Shown here in pieces: positions 1 through 13,570 of a stretch of 64,000 nucleotides of DNA. Below the pieces are notes generated by a model. That model made no database searches. It had not been told where the DNA came from and was given only the letters and a program-made list of their open reading frames with translations. Within the stretch, counting starts at the first letter, position 1; each line of letters opens with the position of its first letter. The position numbers and the translations under genes were made by a program. This DNA is from Nageia nagi (lineage: Eukaryota; Plantae; Pinophyta): positions 75,330,001-75,394,000 of the forward strand of contig JBITNC010000001.1 of NCBI GenBank assembly GCA_050084985.1. Reading direction: 5' to 3'.

Positions 1-520
1 AGTCATCTTTTTTAGCAATAACATCCTCTAGGTCTTTAGCAATACCTTCCTCAAAGGCTTTTATCCAATAATTTTCTTCACTTTCTAGGTTCTTTTTCAA
101 CCAATCTGCAGGAGAAGCATATTTGGAAGTTTCGATGTTATCAATTTGACCATTAAACTATGATTTCATATTTCGAAACTCATGATCTAATGGTAAATAT
201 TTTTTATGGCCAAGGTATTTCATCTTTTGCAAGTGTTTTGAATATCTCGCTGTGAGATTTTTTGCATACCATGGACAAGCATGATAACCTTTTGTATGCC
301 AGCCAATTGCAATACATTTTTATTAGAGAATAACTACTATATCTAATTTTAAGAAATTAAATATTTTAATATAAATGTAAATGTAATAGAAATTATATAT
401 ACATACTTGAACAAACACTAAGACCTCGATAATCATATATAGTCCAACATAGTATGCTATACAATGTGAATGATCTTTGTTTGATGGGTCTACTTATGTT
501 AATCACATTCTACATTCCAT
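1..520 (-). pseudogene. CACTA TNP2-like (Transposase_21) transposase fragments
   Basis: Minus-strand translation gives ILCWTIYDYRGLSVCS and, after a probable intron, GWHTKGYHACPWYAKNLTARYSKHLQKMKYLGHKKYLPLDHEFR. These resemble the WTINDFP..LSG and ACP.C...YLGHRRFLP..H.FR motifs of TNP2. Stops are present. Confidence 0.65.
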
Positions 521-579
521 TCGTAAAAAATAAGGATCTTTTTTTTTGTAAAAAATATTGGTTAATTTTTGTAAAACAA

Positions 580-1552
580 TAAGGTATAATTAGGGTAAAA
601 AAATAGGATTAATTTTTGTAAAACTTTAGGGCCAAATTTTAGGTGTTAGGTGTTTAGGTTACAATTAAATTTTATTAAAATTTAGGGTTAATTTTGACTA
701 TAAATTTAATGTTAATTTTTGTATAATTTTAGGGTTAATTTTTGTAAAAAATAGGGTTAATTTTCATAAAAAAAAATAGGAATTTTTTTTTATAAAAAAC
801 TAAGGTTAATTTTAACTTAAAATTTAGGGATAAATTTTGTAACAAATTATGATTAATTTTTGTAAAAATTTAGGGTTAAATTTTAGGTGTTAGGTGTTTG
901 GTTTACGGTTTCAAATTTAGGGTAAATTTTTGGAAAAAACTTATGGTAAATTTTTGTAAAAAACTTAGGGATAAATTTAGGGTTAACACTAACATCATTT
1001 GTATAAAGGTTTAGGTTAGGGTTAGGGGTTGTGGTATAAATTTTAGGTTGGGTTTGGGTTAGGGTTTAAGGGTTTAAGGATTAGCAGTTTGGGTTTGAGC
1101 TCAATGTTAGGGTTTTATGGGTTTGGATTTCAATTATAAATCGAGGTTTAAGGGTTATGGTTAGGAATTAAGGGTAATGTTAGGATTTAAAGAATATGAT
1201 TAGGATTTATTAAGGATTATGGTTAGGATTTTAAGGGTTAGGGGTTGGGTTTTGGATTTAAGAGTTTAGGTTTGACTTAGGGGTTACAGTTTAAGGGTTA
1301 GAGGTTTAAGTTTGAGTTGAGGGTTTAAGATTTAACCCTAATTTTAGAGTTGAGGATTATAATACCTAATTTTGTTAGGAGTTATGGTATGTTAAGGGTT
1401 AAGGGTTTGGGTTAGGGTTAGGGTTCAAGGGTTTATGTTAAGATTTAAGTGTTAGGAGTTTGGGTTTGAGTTCAATGTTAGGTTTGACTTAGGGATTAGT
1501 GGTTTAGGTTTGAGTTGAGCGTTTAAGATTTAAAGTTTAAGGTTTGGGTTAC
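580..1552 (+). repeat. Degenerate telomere-like (TTTAGGG/TTAGGG) tract inside the CACTA relic
   Basis: Many TTAGGG, TTTAGGG, TTTGGG and TTAAGG variants, e.g. ggtttaggttagggttagggg at ~1008-1028 and gggttagggttagggtt at ~1409-1425. Confidence 0.75.
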
Positions 1553-1762
1553 CCATAAATATTGTTGTAACTGATTGACATACTTAAAAAAATAGAGGCC
1601 AACATCCTAAATGTCTTCCATCGTATTCATATTGCAATGTGTCTCAATGATAACCTTTATAAATTTAATATTGACATACTATTTTAGGTTTATTAAATTG
1701 AATAGTTTTAAATTTCTTATACTAATTATATTTTTTGTTATTAACTTTATTTAGTGATTATC

Positions 1763-3340
1763 ATGGCTGACGACAGGAGGGGAAAGAAGCCAAAACGTCC
1801 AAAGTCAACTGCAAGCAAGAAGGGTTTTGTAAGTATTTATTTATGAACGTGATTTATTCAATTTTTATTTAATAATATTCATTTCAAACAAAAAATTGAC
1901 TTTATTTTTTACCTTTTTAATAGAGTAAGGAGGTGACCAAACTATATAAAATGGCCATGCAATGGACACAAAGGATTGAGATTGATAGAGAATTTGATAA
2001 ATAAATGGGCATTGGGCCTTCATTTACTAGGCCTTCTAGGCCTGCTAGTGGCATAGATCGACCATCATCGATGAACTCATCACCAAACAGTAACATTACT
2101 TATTTTTTAAAATTTAAAAAATTGATTGAAGTTACCTTTTATTAATTAAATGTTACATTCAATAAAGATAATCTAAGTAATATGGTTATTACAAATGTAC
2201 AATCAGTCAATATGGAGATAATATTTACAACATGCAAGGGCACTAAGGACATTGAGATTAAGGTGGATGAGAAGGGTGTTGTAATTAAAGATCAGAATGG
2301 TAAGAATTGATTTTAATATATATATATATATTATATATTGAAATATAAGAATTTACTAATGTTATTAAATTCTCTTCAAGGCATTTTTTTATGATACTCT
2401 CAAAAAATGCACTTTCCACCAGTTTGATCCTACCATAGATATCGAGTGGAAAAAATAAAATGAAATAGGTATATATATAATTTATATGTTTAATTTTATA
2501 CTTAATTTTGTTTATAAATTAATATTGATAGTACATTTTACATAATTTTTTAATTCATTTTCTAAAAAATTATGTATTTTGCACAAAAAAAAGGGTCATA
2601 GATATTTTGAAAAGAGAATTTGACGATGCGTGGAGCCCAAAATGGGCATTGCAACATATGGGAAAGAATTTGAATGGAGGAGAGATAAAATAAGGAATAA
2701 AATAAAAAAAAACTTCCTAAAAATCAATGAAAAGGAAGTAGACTTGCAGATGTTGACAAGAAGGTGTGGAAGAGCTTGATGAAGAAGGTGGAGGAGGAGG
2801 AAGCACGTAGAGAATCCACTGAACCATCACAATCTGAAAAAGTTGTGCATGCCTGATACAACACATCTTCAATGGCATATACCCATAAGTCAAATAAATT
2901 GAGAAAAGTAGGGATTGAAACAAGATATGTAAGTATTTTATTTTATATTTTATGCATGAATAGTTATATAATTAAATTATATGCATAAAATATTATTTAA
3001 GTAAATATATTTTTTTGCAGTATGATAAATATGGTAGGTATCCTACAAAAAATAAAGTAAAATTTGCCATGAAAAATGGTTTTCAAGCCCTAATCTTGAA
3101 AATAGCTTATGAGAATACAAGTAATATTTAAGTATTTTTTTAATTTATTATATTATTTTAATAACAACTCATAAATTTTTTAGTTTTTCTTATTTACTAA
3201 TATTTAGTTGATTATTCTTTGCAGGGTGAGGAGGGTCAACCGGAGGGTGGCCTAGAGGAGGGTGACCAGGAGAGGTGGCAAATTATTAGAATGGATGAAG
3301 ATGATGAAGATTACACTAGGCATGGTCATGGTAGTGAATG
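1763..3340 (+). pseudogene. Multi-exon relic ORF, probably a CACTA accessory gene
   Basis: ATG at 1763 (MADDRRGKKPKRPKSTASKKGF) followed by short purine-rich exon-like blocks with GT-AG boundaries in AT-rich introns. Ends in an acidic stretch near 3340. Contains stops. Confidence 0.4.
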
Positions 3341-3761
3341 ACCCATTACCATACATTTGTACATTTGATGTGGACATTTTTTGTTGACTCATTACCATGC
3401 ATTTGTACACTCGACATGTACACTTTTTGTTGATCCATTACCATGCATTTGTACACTTGGGGTGGAAATTTTTTGCTGATTGATTCTAATTATACACATC
3501 TGATTATTATTTTAGTGTGTTATATTATTTATACATAACATGTTTTCAGTTTTATTCTTATTATGCTTATATTTTTAAATTTGAATGTATCTTTTTAATA
3601 TATTATTTGAATTTATATATATTACCTTTAATTAATATATAATTTATATATATATATATTTATATATATATTACAATTAATGTATTCGAAAGAATGTATT
3701 ACACCACTACACAAAAAAAGAAATAATAAATAATTTAATTTTTTTTGAATTACGAAACAAA

Positions 3762-4050
3762 ATTTGACATTTTATGAGTCAAAATATTGATGTTTTATTA
3801 GTCAAACTATTAACGTTTTATGAGTCAAATTTATGATGTTTTTTGAGTCAAATTTATGACATTTTTGAGTCAAATTTATGACTTTTTTGAATCAAATTTA
3901 TGATGTTTTTTAAGTCAAATTCATGATGCTTTATGAGTCAAATTCAAGATGCTTTATGTCTCAAATTTATGACGCTTAATGAGTTAAAATGTATGACATT
4001 TTATGAGTCAAATGTATGACTCTTTACAGTCAAAATCTTGATGTTTTGAT
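3762..4050 (+). repeat. Subterminal tandem repeats, unit ~20-22 bp (TTTTATGAGTCAAATTTATGAC-like)
   Basis: About 13 degenerate copies visible just inside the CACTA terminus. Confidence 0.85.
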
Positions 4051-5641
4051 TGATGAAAGGAGAAATTGACTTAATGCATGGGTTGACAATACCCTTAGTG
4101 TCACGTGAGGCGTCAAGTAGAGACCAGAAAAAAGAAAAAAAAAACTCTATGCATTGATGCATTATATGGACCAAAATCCACAAAATGTAGTAGTGTCCAA
4201 TGTTATTTCCTTGTATTGTAGTGATGTTGGCTTACATAAGAAATCTTCTTGTAACTCCACCTTAACTTTTTTACCCTTCCCTTCCTATCTTAAATTCTTC
4301 CTTGTTATTTCTTGGATTATCTCTTTATTGTTTACAACTAGATGTTCCTTTGCTTTCTTTTTATCCCTACTTTTTGTGCCATATAGTTCTACCATATGTT
4401 TCGCTTCTCTATTAGTTTCTAACAATTATTCATTTGCTTGGCTATTTGTGCTATTTCTATGAATGATACCTACTTATCTCCATACCCTTGCTCCTCTATT
4501 TCTACAAGGTTCCTCTTTTTCCCCTAAATGACTTGGCGTGGTTTGGTCTCTTGCTTTTTGTTTTCTAACCACCTTTTTCATCCATATGGTTTATAGGCTC
4601 TTTACCTAGGCCCACTTCCTCTCCTCTTACATCTAGCTTACTTCGAGTTCTCTTTGAGACACTACTTTCAATCAGGGATCTATTAGAGCTAGAAATGTCT
4701 ATTCTCTTCTTCATCAGGTGTTCTTGTTGCTTCTCTTCCTCCTCTGCACTTGATTCCACATCTTACAGTACAAGTTTTCTTTTGAGCCTCTACCTTCTTC
4801 TTTGCCCTTTTTGTTTTTCCAAATTTTTAGTAGTTATTGTTTGCCCCTCTCCTCCAGGCTTAAATGGTTGAAATCCCTTAACTCTTACCATTTGTTGTCC
4901 CTTTTTCTTGCAAAGGACATTTTTTTTTCTTTGCTGCAATCTCCTTCTGTTTCTCCAATAAATAACTATATATTAATAAATATATAACCAATAAACATAG
5001 GCCAAGCTTATTCTTCAATAATATGTTTGATAAAATTTTATTTAGTTGCATATAAATCAATAACACCAACTCTTCTCTTTATATTGATGAAGTAGTCTAT
5101 CAAATGGTTAATTTTTTTTTAATATGCTTATAATGTATGTTATACAAATTATTAAAGGGTATATTCAATAAGGCTACTAATGAAGAGTTTTATTTATCAT
5201 ATTTTATCATATCAGTAAAAATTGTACATGATGAGGCTAGTGGATGTAAAAACTTTAAGTTGAAAAAGAGAGACCTCAAGTTCAAATCTCTTCCCTTTCA
5301 CATGTAATAGATATGCTAAATTCAATCATAATTTCCAACTAATGTGAATGTGATTGAATGTAATTCTAGTATAACTTTAATAGAAAAAAAATTGAGAGAC
5401 ATAAAATCTTATTCTAAAATGTTGATTTTCAAACAAATATTTGCATGATTTATATGAAGAGTTTAATGATTTAGAAATAATGAGGAGGGCAAAGGAAAGA
5501 GGATGGTGGATAAAAAAGCATAAGCTGCTCATCAAAACTAATACGAGTCAAGACGACCACTTTTAGAGAAGTGTAGTAAAGTAAGGAGATGGCTCATACA
5601 GCCTCTAAACTTGAAGGCAGTAGATAAGATTTGCAGGAGAA

Positions 5642-6061
5642 ATGCACGCCATTACTCTTCCCTGCTTTTCTTCTTCCTCTGTGATTTGTCATCCCTTCTC
5701 AAACTTGAACCCAGTTTTACTGTCTTCTTCTCGGGTAATATTTCAAATAACCAAATGCAGCAGCGCAGAGGTTGCACAGGCCGATGGCACAGAAGATTTA
5801 TCGGGCAGAGAAAGGAGAAGGCTGAGAAATGAGCGTCGGCAACAGGCCATAGAGTCGAGACCTTCATGGCGAGAAGTGGTGGAGGATAGATTATCAAAGA
5901 AGTCGAGGAAGCCAAGCGCTATTGGAGAAATGAGTTTGAAGAAATTGGTGGAACTTGGACTTCGCTGGTGGAAGATTGAGGTCCGCAAGAATTCGGAGAG
6001 GCTTGCCGCCCAAGAACTTCAAGAAGCATTCGCCAAAGAATACCCAGATGCCGAATTCGAG
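5642..6061 (+). CDS. PTAC13: pTAC13-like exon 1 (transit peptide and start of the NGN domain)
   Basis: Ser-rich N-terminus, then LSGRERRRLRNERR..SWREVVEDRLSKK..LGLRWW..YPDAEFE, matching pTAC13 (LTAKERRQLRNERR..SWREEVEERL..GPQWW..FPEMEF). Donor GAG|GTATTA at 6061/6062. Confidence 0.9.
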
Positions 6062-9000
6062 GTATTAAGTAAAACCAATAAGATATTATTCACAAATCAT
6101 CTAACAGCAGTTTTACTTCTCATTCAGTTGTGGGTTTTTGTAAGAGTTCACAATTTTAGGCAGAATTTGCATATCAATCTTTAAGAGAATGCTGACAGAA
6201 TGCAAAAGAGATTCGAGAACGCTACATCTATTACATTTACTTAGAAATCTTAATTCTGGAGATGTCAATGCTAACATGTTTCAATGAAATTTGAAACTAA
6301 AACAGAAAAAAACATTTTAGAATTATATCATGTTATCATGTATAACGTCTTCGGTGGCTTTGAAAATGTGAATATTTTATAACAAGATGCAAGTGATTAG
6401 TGATAGCATACAAGTCTCAACCCACCATGCCCAAGTCCAGCATTAGATGACTACATCATTATCGTCAGCATTATTATTAGTTGAAGACAGGGTAGAAGGA
6501 GCTAATGAACGTTATTATGTTCGCAAAAACCGAAGTCCATAAGAGTGTAAATATTTGTATGCATATTAAGTGAAGCTTTGTAATGGTGTCGTTGAGTCAG
6601 GAAATAAACACTTTAAACATGAAAATAAACAAATTCATAATAATAATTTGATATATTTTATTTATAAATTAATGTGTTATAATTAAATATCAAGATGTTA
6701 CCAAGAAAATACTTTTTCCACAGATCATTATCAATTATTTTTCTTCCAGAATTCATTGAAAGATCTTGAGACTGATATCTCTTAGCATTTGCTAGAGATA
6801 TGTATTTAACCTATCCAAACTATTACTTAAAACACCAGGGCATTCTGTTGGGACTCTCACCTAGAAGTAAACCAGATATTACAACTTCAGTTACCTTTTA
6901 TCTGTTTTTAATCCCACCAATCCTGTGGGCTCAAGAAGGATTTATATAAAATTTTGTAGCCATACAAGGAGGTCCTTATAAAGTTCACTGCTTCTCATGA
7001 TTCAGGTAAGCAAATAAGCTTTACTGGATCAAGGCAATGTGCAAACATGTGGGAAAAATAGTCTAACGAACCAAAGGCTTAACCTGAGTCAGTAATGCTG
7101 CTACATACTTATTAAAATCCATAATAGACATCAAATTAGAATATTGCAAATAAGCATATGGCTGGACTAGAATACAAAATGAAACAACGAACTGTCCTTC
7201 TACATTAGAAGATTTCTGCTTGTGATCTCCATCATAGTCTTAGCGGTTTAGAGGCATGTTGAAATCTATTTTCTTGTCAAGTTCTCGTATGACCCTTCTA
7301 CCTTGTTTCTTCTGGTTGAATAACTCAAGTCTTTTAGATGTAAGAAAGGCCTTTGATACAGTCCTTAGGTCCCAACAATTATAGGGTATTGGCCCATCAT
7401 GAAGATACTCATCAACACTATCATAAGACTCTCTTAAGCAGTTGCTGACCATTTTTATACTATGTTTGGTTGTAATGTTAGGATTGGTATTGGAATCAAA
7501 CAAAGATTCCCTCTTTCCCCACCCTTTTTAAAGACTTTCTTCAATAAATACTCGTATTGATGATGGCTATCTATCACATTGTGTTAGATATTTTTGTTTT
7601 CTTTTGAATCTTTGACTTGCATTGAACCTTTCCAAACTTAAGTTTATGATTTTTGATACCTTCAAGAATGATCTTGCCAAGTTCTAATTATTTTAAAAGG
7701 GTAAGCTAATACAGATGATTACATCCTACGCATACGTGGCAATTTGATTCACAGACTCTTACATTGATCTTAAATATGTTGCACATCACGACTTGGCAAT
7801 GAACATGCCTCTATCTATACTTTGAAATATCAATGTTTCTAGATACATTTCCAGGTGTACGATAATATACTTAGAAATCCCTAATAACTACCCACTATAG
7901 AATCTGCAATTAGCTTGCCTTTGAATGATGGTGCTATCTACACTAAGCTCTTGCAAACATAGAAGAAAAAAACATTTTCTCTAAACAAAGCAACATCCAT
8001 TTGAACAATAGTATACCATATAGAATGGAAAAAATCAATAGAAGGGGTTCTGTTCTGTGCTAAGCTCTTGCAAATGTGAAGGAAAGAACATTCACAGTAA
8101 ACAAAGCAACATCCAGAGGAGCAATCTTATAATATATAGAATGGAAAAACTCAATAAAAGGGATTTGTTTCTAGTTTATAATGCTCAGTATACACAGTAC
8201 AAAGAATCCATTGCCACAAGTCACTCTCTTTGTTGTCAATCCACATTTTTAGTAATGTTTTACTCAAAAACTAGGTTGGTCTTATAAATAATTGCATGAC
8301 TCTTGAGCTTTCATCTTCTTATGAATGTTCACTTCTCATTAGCAACCTTCTTCATGGCCCTTGACCTTCCTTATGAAGGTCGGCATCCTCCATGATTGAT
8401 GGTCTTTCATTGATGATGGTTGGTCTTCTTCATGATGATTGCTCTTCCAAGTGATGGTTGGCCATCTAGTGATTGTGGGCGTACCCCATGTGACTCTTGG
8501 CATTCCTAGTGATGGTTGGCATTCCAAGTGACTGCTGGCCTTCACAAGTGACAATTTATCTTGCCTTGGATGCCCATTTCCTTCTACAAGCATCTGAGTT
8601 TCTAAGGGGCCACTGAGCCAACGAAGATCAGCCAAAGGCTTATGCAAACTTGTTTGTGGGTGAGTCTGCACTTGGAGTTATTCTTGCACAACTTGGTTCC
8701 ATAGTTTGGCTGAGGCTTCAAGATATTCTTGGACTTAGATCGCTTATGATCAAGTTGTGCATATGGAATGACCTTGTACACTTGCCTTCTACTCATCCTC
8801 ACCCCGAATCTGCCCTTGACAGTTAGGCAACAAGATCAGACCATTTACAGATCACTAGGACATTCCTACAAAGATGTGTCTATTTGATTGTATCATTAAA
8901 CCTACAGCCTCTTACGATTCAGAAGTATGTGTCCGTGGTTTGTGGAATACAGATTGGGCTTGTATTGAGCAGGAATAGATTCTCATTTACTGTTGTCTGA

Positions 9001-9082
9001 GTTGTTGTAAGCGAATAATTCTGCAATGTGTAGTTCATGTTATCTTTGTTTTGAGAACATTTGTTAGGATCATCCATTGGGT

Positions 9083-10038
9083 TGTAATGTCCTACTTAGA
9101 CAAAATCAGTGTTTATTCCTTGCAAAACTTGGAATTTCATAAACATCTCAGATCTGAAATTAAATTAACCGACTAGGGGATCCAATCAACTCAGAAAAAT
9201 CACCACAATGTATAAAATTCTCCAGGGTATCAACATTTCCATGACAAATGACAAATATGGATCAGATTATGATCAGATCTGAATAGTAAGGCTCACAGTA
9301 TGAGACTTCCCTCACAAAGGAAGAAATTTGAGCAATATGAATATTACAAACTGCAGATCCAGTCGTCAAAAATGCCACAACATTTCTCATGCAAATCTGG
9401 ATCCTCTAGGCAGGCAACAAACCATCAGAGGGCAAGTGTGATGCCTCAGATATGGTCTCCAAGATGTCTGAAGGTGGAATAAACCTCAAACCAGCCTGAA
9501 TGAGGCCTCAAACCCTGAGATGAACCCTTTAATGCTGATCTTCACCCAAAGGCTGAAATGTGATGAATACTGTAAAGCAAACACTCAAAGTGCCATGGCC
9601 CTCTCCGAGGGCAGATTTGGAATAAAGAGCAATAAAAAACTTCAGGGTTTTTGTCCCAAAGCTCCTTAGCCAAGAGGGTTTCCGTCCTCCAAGCTAACCG
9701 TTGCAGGTTTTCGTCCACAAGAGAAAATGGTATTAGCTTCTCAGCCAAATACACAAAGTAAAAGTGAAATAATTAATCCAACATAATGTAAATGAGCCTC
9801 CAAGTCCTCTTTATATAGGAGAAATGTTATAATTCTCCGTTGACTATTTATGAGGTGCCCATTATAACTTAAAACATAATATTATTTCTCCTAACACATG
9901 ACCCTTATTTCTCCTTCGTATTAGTTTTATTTTTATTTTAGTATTTTCTTCCACATTTAAGCACAAAACATAAAAATACAAATCACACACCACACCACAC
10001 CTATGTACACAAGGGGGGCTGAAAAATAGGACATTACA
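9083..10038 (-). repeat. 3' LTR (956 bp) of the 9083-18167 element
   Basis: Direct repeat of 14174-14237 plus 17262-18167. TG...CA ends with terminal inverted repeats. PPT adjacent. Confidence 0.93.
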
Positions 10039-10509
10039 ATACACCCCTCCCTAAGATTGCTTGTCCTCAAGCAATGTCAACACAAATTCAATCTCTCCAA
10101 ACTGAGCTAAACCGAAATCATAACCAACTGTGATTCCAGGATCCCAAATCAACCTCAAAGAAAGTCCACCATGCTGAAGCTGTGGCATTCTAGCCAAGAA
10201 TCCATTGTGCGCAAGCTGTACTCTCTTCTCCTTAGTGTCCATGATGGAAAGAGCAAGCAAGGGTGCAAAGGTTGAGAGGAAGATCACCAAGACATCAATC
10301 ACAAAGTCTTTGCCCAATACTGTTGTTGATAGAACTTCACTGCTGCTAAGCCAAATGTTGTCATATGAAGGGTCAGGTTGTTTGACAATTTCTTCCAAAA
10401 TCCTTGCATCAAGATGTTGGGCAACCATACTAATGACATCCTGATTTTTCATCATTGCAGCCCACAAATCATTGTTCATTTCATCACAAATTGCAGTCAT
10501 GAAATGACT

Positions 10510-10730
10510 GTATAAAAGTATATGGCATAATACATCCACTGCATTGATTTGAACATCAACAACTGGTAGTGTTTGTGAAGGAGTTTCAAATAGCAGCTTA
10601 GTTAATGCACCAATTGCTGTACATTGTTCATTTTCTAACCCAAAGCTGAGAATCTCAATAAGTGACTGAATAGCATTCCTGGTAGCTTCCCCAATCTTAC
10701 TGTGTTCCACCTCAAACATGTTTTCTTTGT
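10510..10730 (-). pseudogene. ARM-repeat fragment resembling CELLULOSE SYNTHASE INTERACTIVE 1 (CSI1/POM2) family
   Basis: EATRNAIQSLIEILSFGLENEQCTAIGALTKLLFETPSQTLPVVDVQINAVDVLCHIL resembles the CSI1 segment as I recall it ([55 protein letters not shown]). Confidence 0.7.
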
Positions 10731-11699
10731 CCAAACACAACGCTGCAGCTAGCGGATAAACAGCTGCAGTAGCAGATTCATAGCCTGTATGAAAGTATGG
10801 AAACTGAGAATGGACCTGCCTTAAAGCCCTAGCTCTAACCATATGCTTCTGAGAGGTATGCACTGGAGAGGGTAATACGTGAAGAACTGGAGATGCTGAA
10901 GTTTGTGATTTTAGTGAAAGACACTGCTGTCCTTGAAAGCCTGCAGAATAGCGGATCACAGGTGATGTATTTTGAATGATCTTTTTATCAGAATAACAGA
11001 TTACATCACTGTTGGATTGGGTCTTTAACCAGCAGTGACTACAAAGCTTACTAAAACATTGGCTCTTCTCATTAGATGCAGCACTATGTCCATTTGGATG
11101 CATCGGAGCATTTTCATCAAGAGATCCTGAATCCAAGTCCCCAATGCCAGTACCATTATCTTCCATGTCATGTTCTTTATCCTCAAGAGTAGACATCTCA
11201 TTTGAATCTGAGTCATTCTGATCTACGTTGATGAAACTCACAATGTTTGCCACAATTTGATTTCCTAATGAATGCACCTTACGAACTTTGATAGCATCTG
11301 ATTTTGGATTTATGTTGTCTGTTGATTCTTTCACTTCAGTAATCTCAAAAGGAGAAATTGTGGAGTGGTTATGAAGATTTTCTTTTGAGCCTTCATTTGT
11401 TATTCTCCCATCTGCTAGCAACACATTCATCTGATCCTGAGTGTAGAAATTCACCTCCCAAGTGGCTCTGTCATGCTGAAGCTGAATTAAACAGCCATGG
11501 CTCAGTGTACTCAATTTGATCATAATCTTCTACAAATCCTTAAAACTGATCTTTGCAGTTGCCCAGAAAGAACTTCACCATCTCGGCTTTCAGAAATATC
11601 ATAATATCCAGCAGAGAATGATTCATGTGGAAGGTCATCATGTTCTACAATCAGATTGCATTCTTGGATTAAACATGGTACGAGTTTCTGAGGTATTAC

Positions 11700-12590
11700 C
11701 TTTAATGGATTCCATATAGGAATAAGGGTTTGATACTTCACTTTGGTCTTGAAACTTTCAACTAAATTTGGTACACTGAATGAGATATACAGATAAGAAA
11801 AGCCATTGATGTTTGAAGCCCGCAGATTTTTGGCTTTCAATGATGTGAACTGAACATGCCATCTTCTGTCATCAGAATCATTTGATACTTCTGAGCTCGA
11901 TGAAGGAAGAGCATAAGCTGTTAGTGCAAATGTTGCACTCACAGCTTTGTGGTCACTTGTTATAATCTGTGGTGAATAAGTGTAGAACAGAAGATCAGTG
12001 TGGCATCCCTGGATTGTCTTCCAAAGAATGCGATCACACCATATTGGCATTCGCACCTGGTCATACATTTGTGTGGATTCCCTTTGCATCTGGTCATACA
12101 TTCTCAATGCTGCTTTCCCTCTTTGTGGCTCATCATACTGAAGCAACTCAATTATATTCTCCATTGAGGATCTGCTTTACCTTCCAAAACGTTCTGTGTG
12201 GTGTCAACGGTTGTTCTTCATCCTTCCCAAAGTTAAGACTATACTTCAAGTCTCTAATCCAAAATACATGATGAAATTGATTCAAGATATTCGTGCTTTG
12301 CAAACCTACTCTCAGCTGTCGCGCTATATCTCTACAGTTACTATTCCATGTTTCACACTGCCTATCATAAGCAGCAAAATGACAGCTGACAAAGCATAAC
12401 CCTGTATCCCAGACCTTGAAAGAAATGCAAACACCTCCTCTATTTGCTATGAGATGGCCTATGCCAGTGGCTTCACTTCCACTATCTACATCAGATATTG
12501 CTTTTTGTGCATCACCACGTACAAAAATAATCAACCGCATATTACCTCTTGAGCTGTAACAAATCATTCTATATTGTCTGCCAAAATGTT
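11700..12590 (-). pseudogene. Intronless fragment of an inositol polyphosphate 5-phosphatase with C-terminal C2 domain
   Basis: ATGIGHLIANRGGVCISF..LCFVSCHFAA..FHHVFWIRDLKYSL (degenerate GDLNYR), RMPIWCDRILWK and TSDHKAVSATF. Then C2-like LKAKNLRASNINGFSYLYISF..KTKVKYQTLIPIWN. Confidence 0.85.
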
Positions 12591-13444
12591 TCCTGTACAG
12601 AACTGAGTGTCTGAAGCCAGTCTTTTGTAAATGGTGGCCTTGGTGGATAATCACACTCTTTTTTGCAATATCTACATGCCACTTCACAGCCCACTCAGGT
12701 GCCATTAGAACAGTCATAGTAGCATGCCCATCCCTGTCTTCAATCTTGGACTGGTTTGTATTTGAAGCCAAGGATCAACTAGCAAGTGCCCATGCTGTCA
12801 AAGGCATAACAACATGTCTACTTTGCAAGTCATCACAATTTTCACTCATTACTATCAATGCGTCCATAAAATACAATGAACAGTCATAGTTGTCTGATCA
12901 ATGCCTCCATAAAATACAAAATTTAAAATCAATTTCTGAGTTTTACCCCTATCAAAAACAACTGTTGAGTCTGCCAATGCATTGACATGACAAAGACTTG
13001 AAGGAATATCTAAATTTAGGAATGCAAAAGAGGATGAATGATCCAAAACAACATCAGGTACCTGAACATACTTGACACTTCTAGCATGCAAGGCTTCATC
13101 TTGCATCAACTTGCAAGTAGCAATATGAGATCCTTCTCTTTTCATTTCTCTTTTAATCAAGACCAAGAAGACTGTTGTCATAAAAATTAGAATTAAGTTC
13201 ATACCGTTTAGCAATATCTCCATGGTATTTCCAAAACTCAAGAAGGCCCTCATGATGCCCAAGAAGGTGGACATCCTTCATCAAATCTGAGTTAGGTTTT
13301 TCCTTGCAAACAACTCTTCCATCATTTACAAAAACACCCGCATCCCATGGAACTATGGACTGATATTCTCTAATTGAAAGATTGTGCTTATCAAAACTCA
13401 ACATGACTGAAAACATATCTCCATGTGAAGTTCTAGGCTCTCCA

Positions 13445-13570
13445 AATGTGGATTTAAGCCCTCCGAGTGTAGATCTAGTCTCCCCATGTGTAGATCTAAG
13501 CTCTTCATGTGTAGATCCAAGGTCTCCATGTGTAGATCTAAGCTCCTCATGCGTAGATCTAGGCTCCACC
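13445..13570 (-). repeat. 21-bp coding tandem repeat (RSTHEEL/RSTHGDL units)
   Basis: About 6 copies containing GTAGATCT. A related AGATCT-rich repeat tract lies at 13920-14130. Confidence 0.8.

Larger units (their letters stand above)
1..4195. mobile_element. Right part of a degenerate CACTA (En/Spm) DNA transposon
   Basis: Ends in GTAGTAGTG at 4187-4195 (reverse complement CACTACTAC). Preceded by ~21-bp subterminal repeats. Transposase relic at 1-520. Left end is outside the window, so the TSD cannot be checked. Confidence 0.7.

Noticed and set aside
580-1552. True chromosome telomere
   Set aside because: Highly degenerate, internal, and flanked by transposon sequence on both sides.
3705-4195. 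Small stand-alone CACTA MITE starting CACTACAC at 3705
   Set aside because: The two ends match only over CACTAC, and the 3-bp flanks differ (CAC versus TCC).
6062-6184. C-terminal part of ORF 5642..6184
   Set aside because: Read-through into intron 1. Homology stops at the GT donor.
10051-12771. Functional nested host genes (5-phosphatase, CSI1)
   Set aside because: Fragments only, frameshifted, catalytic motifs degraded, and enclosed by LTRs with a TSD.
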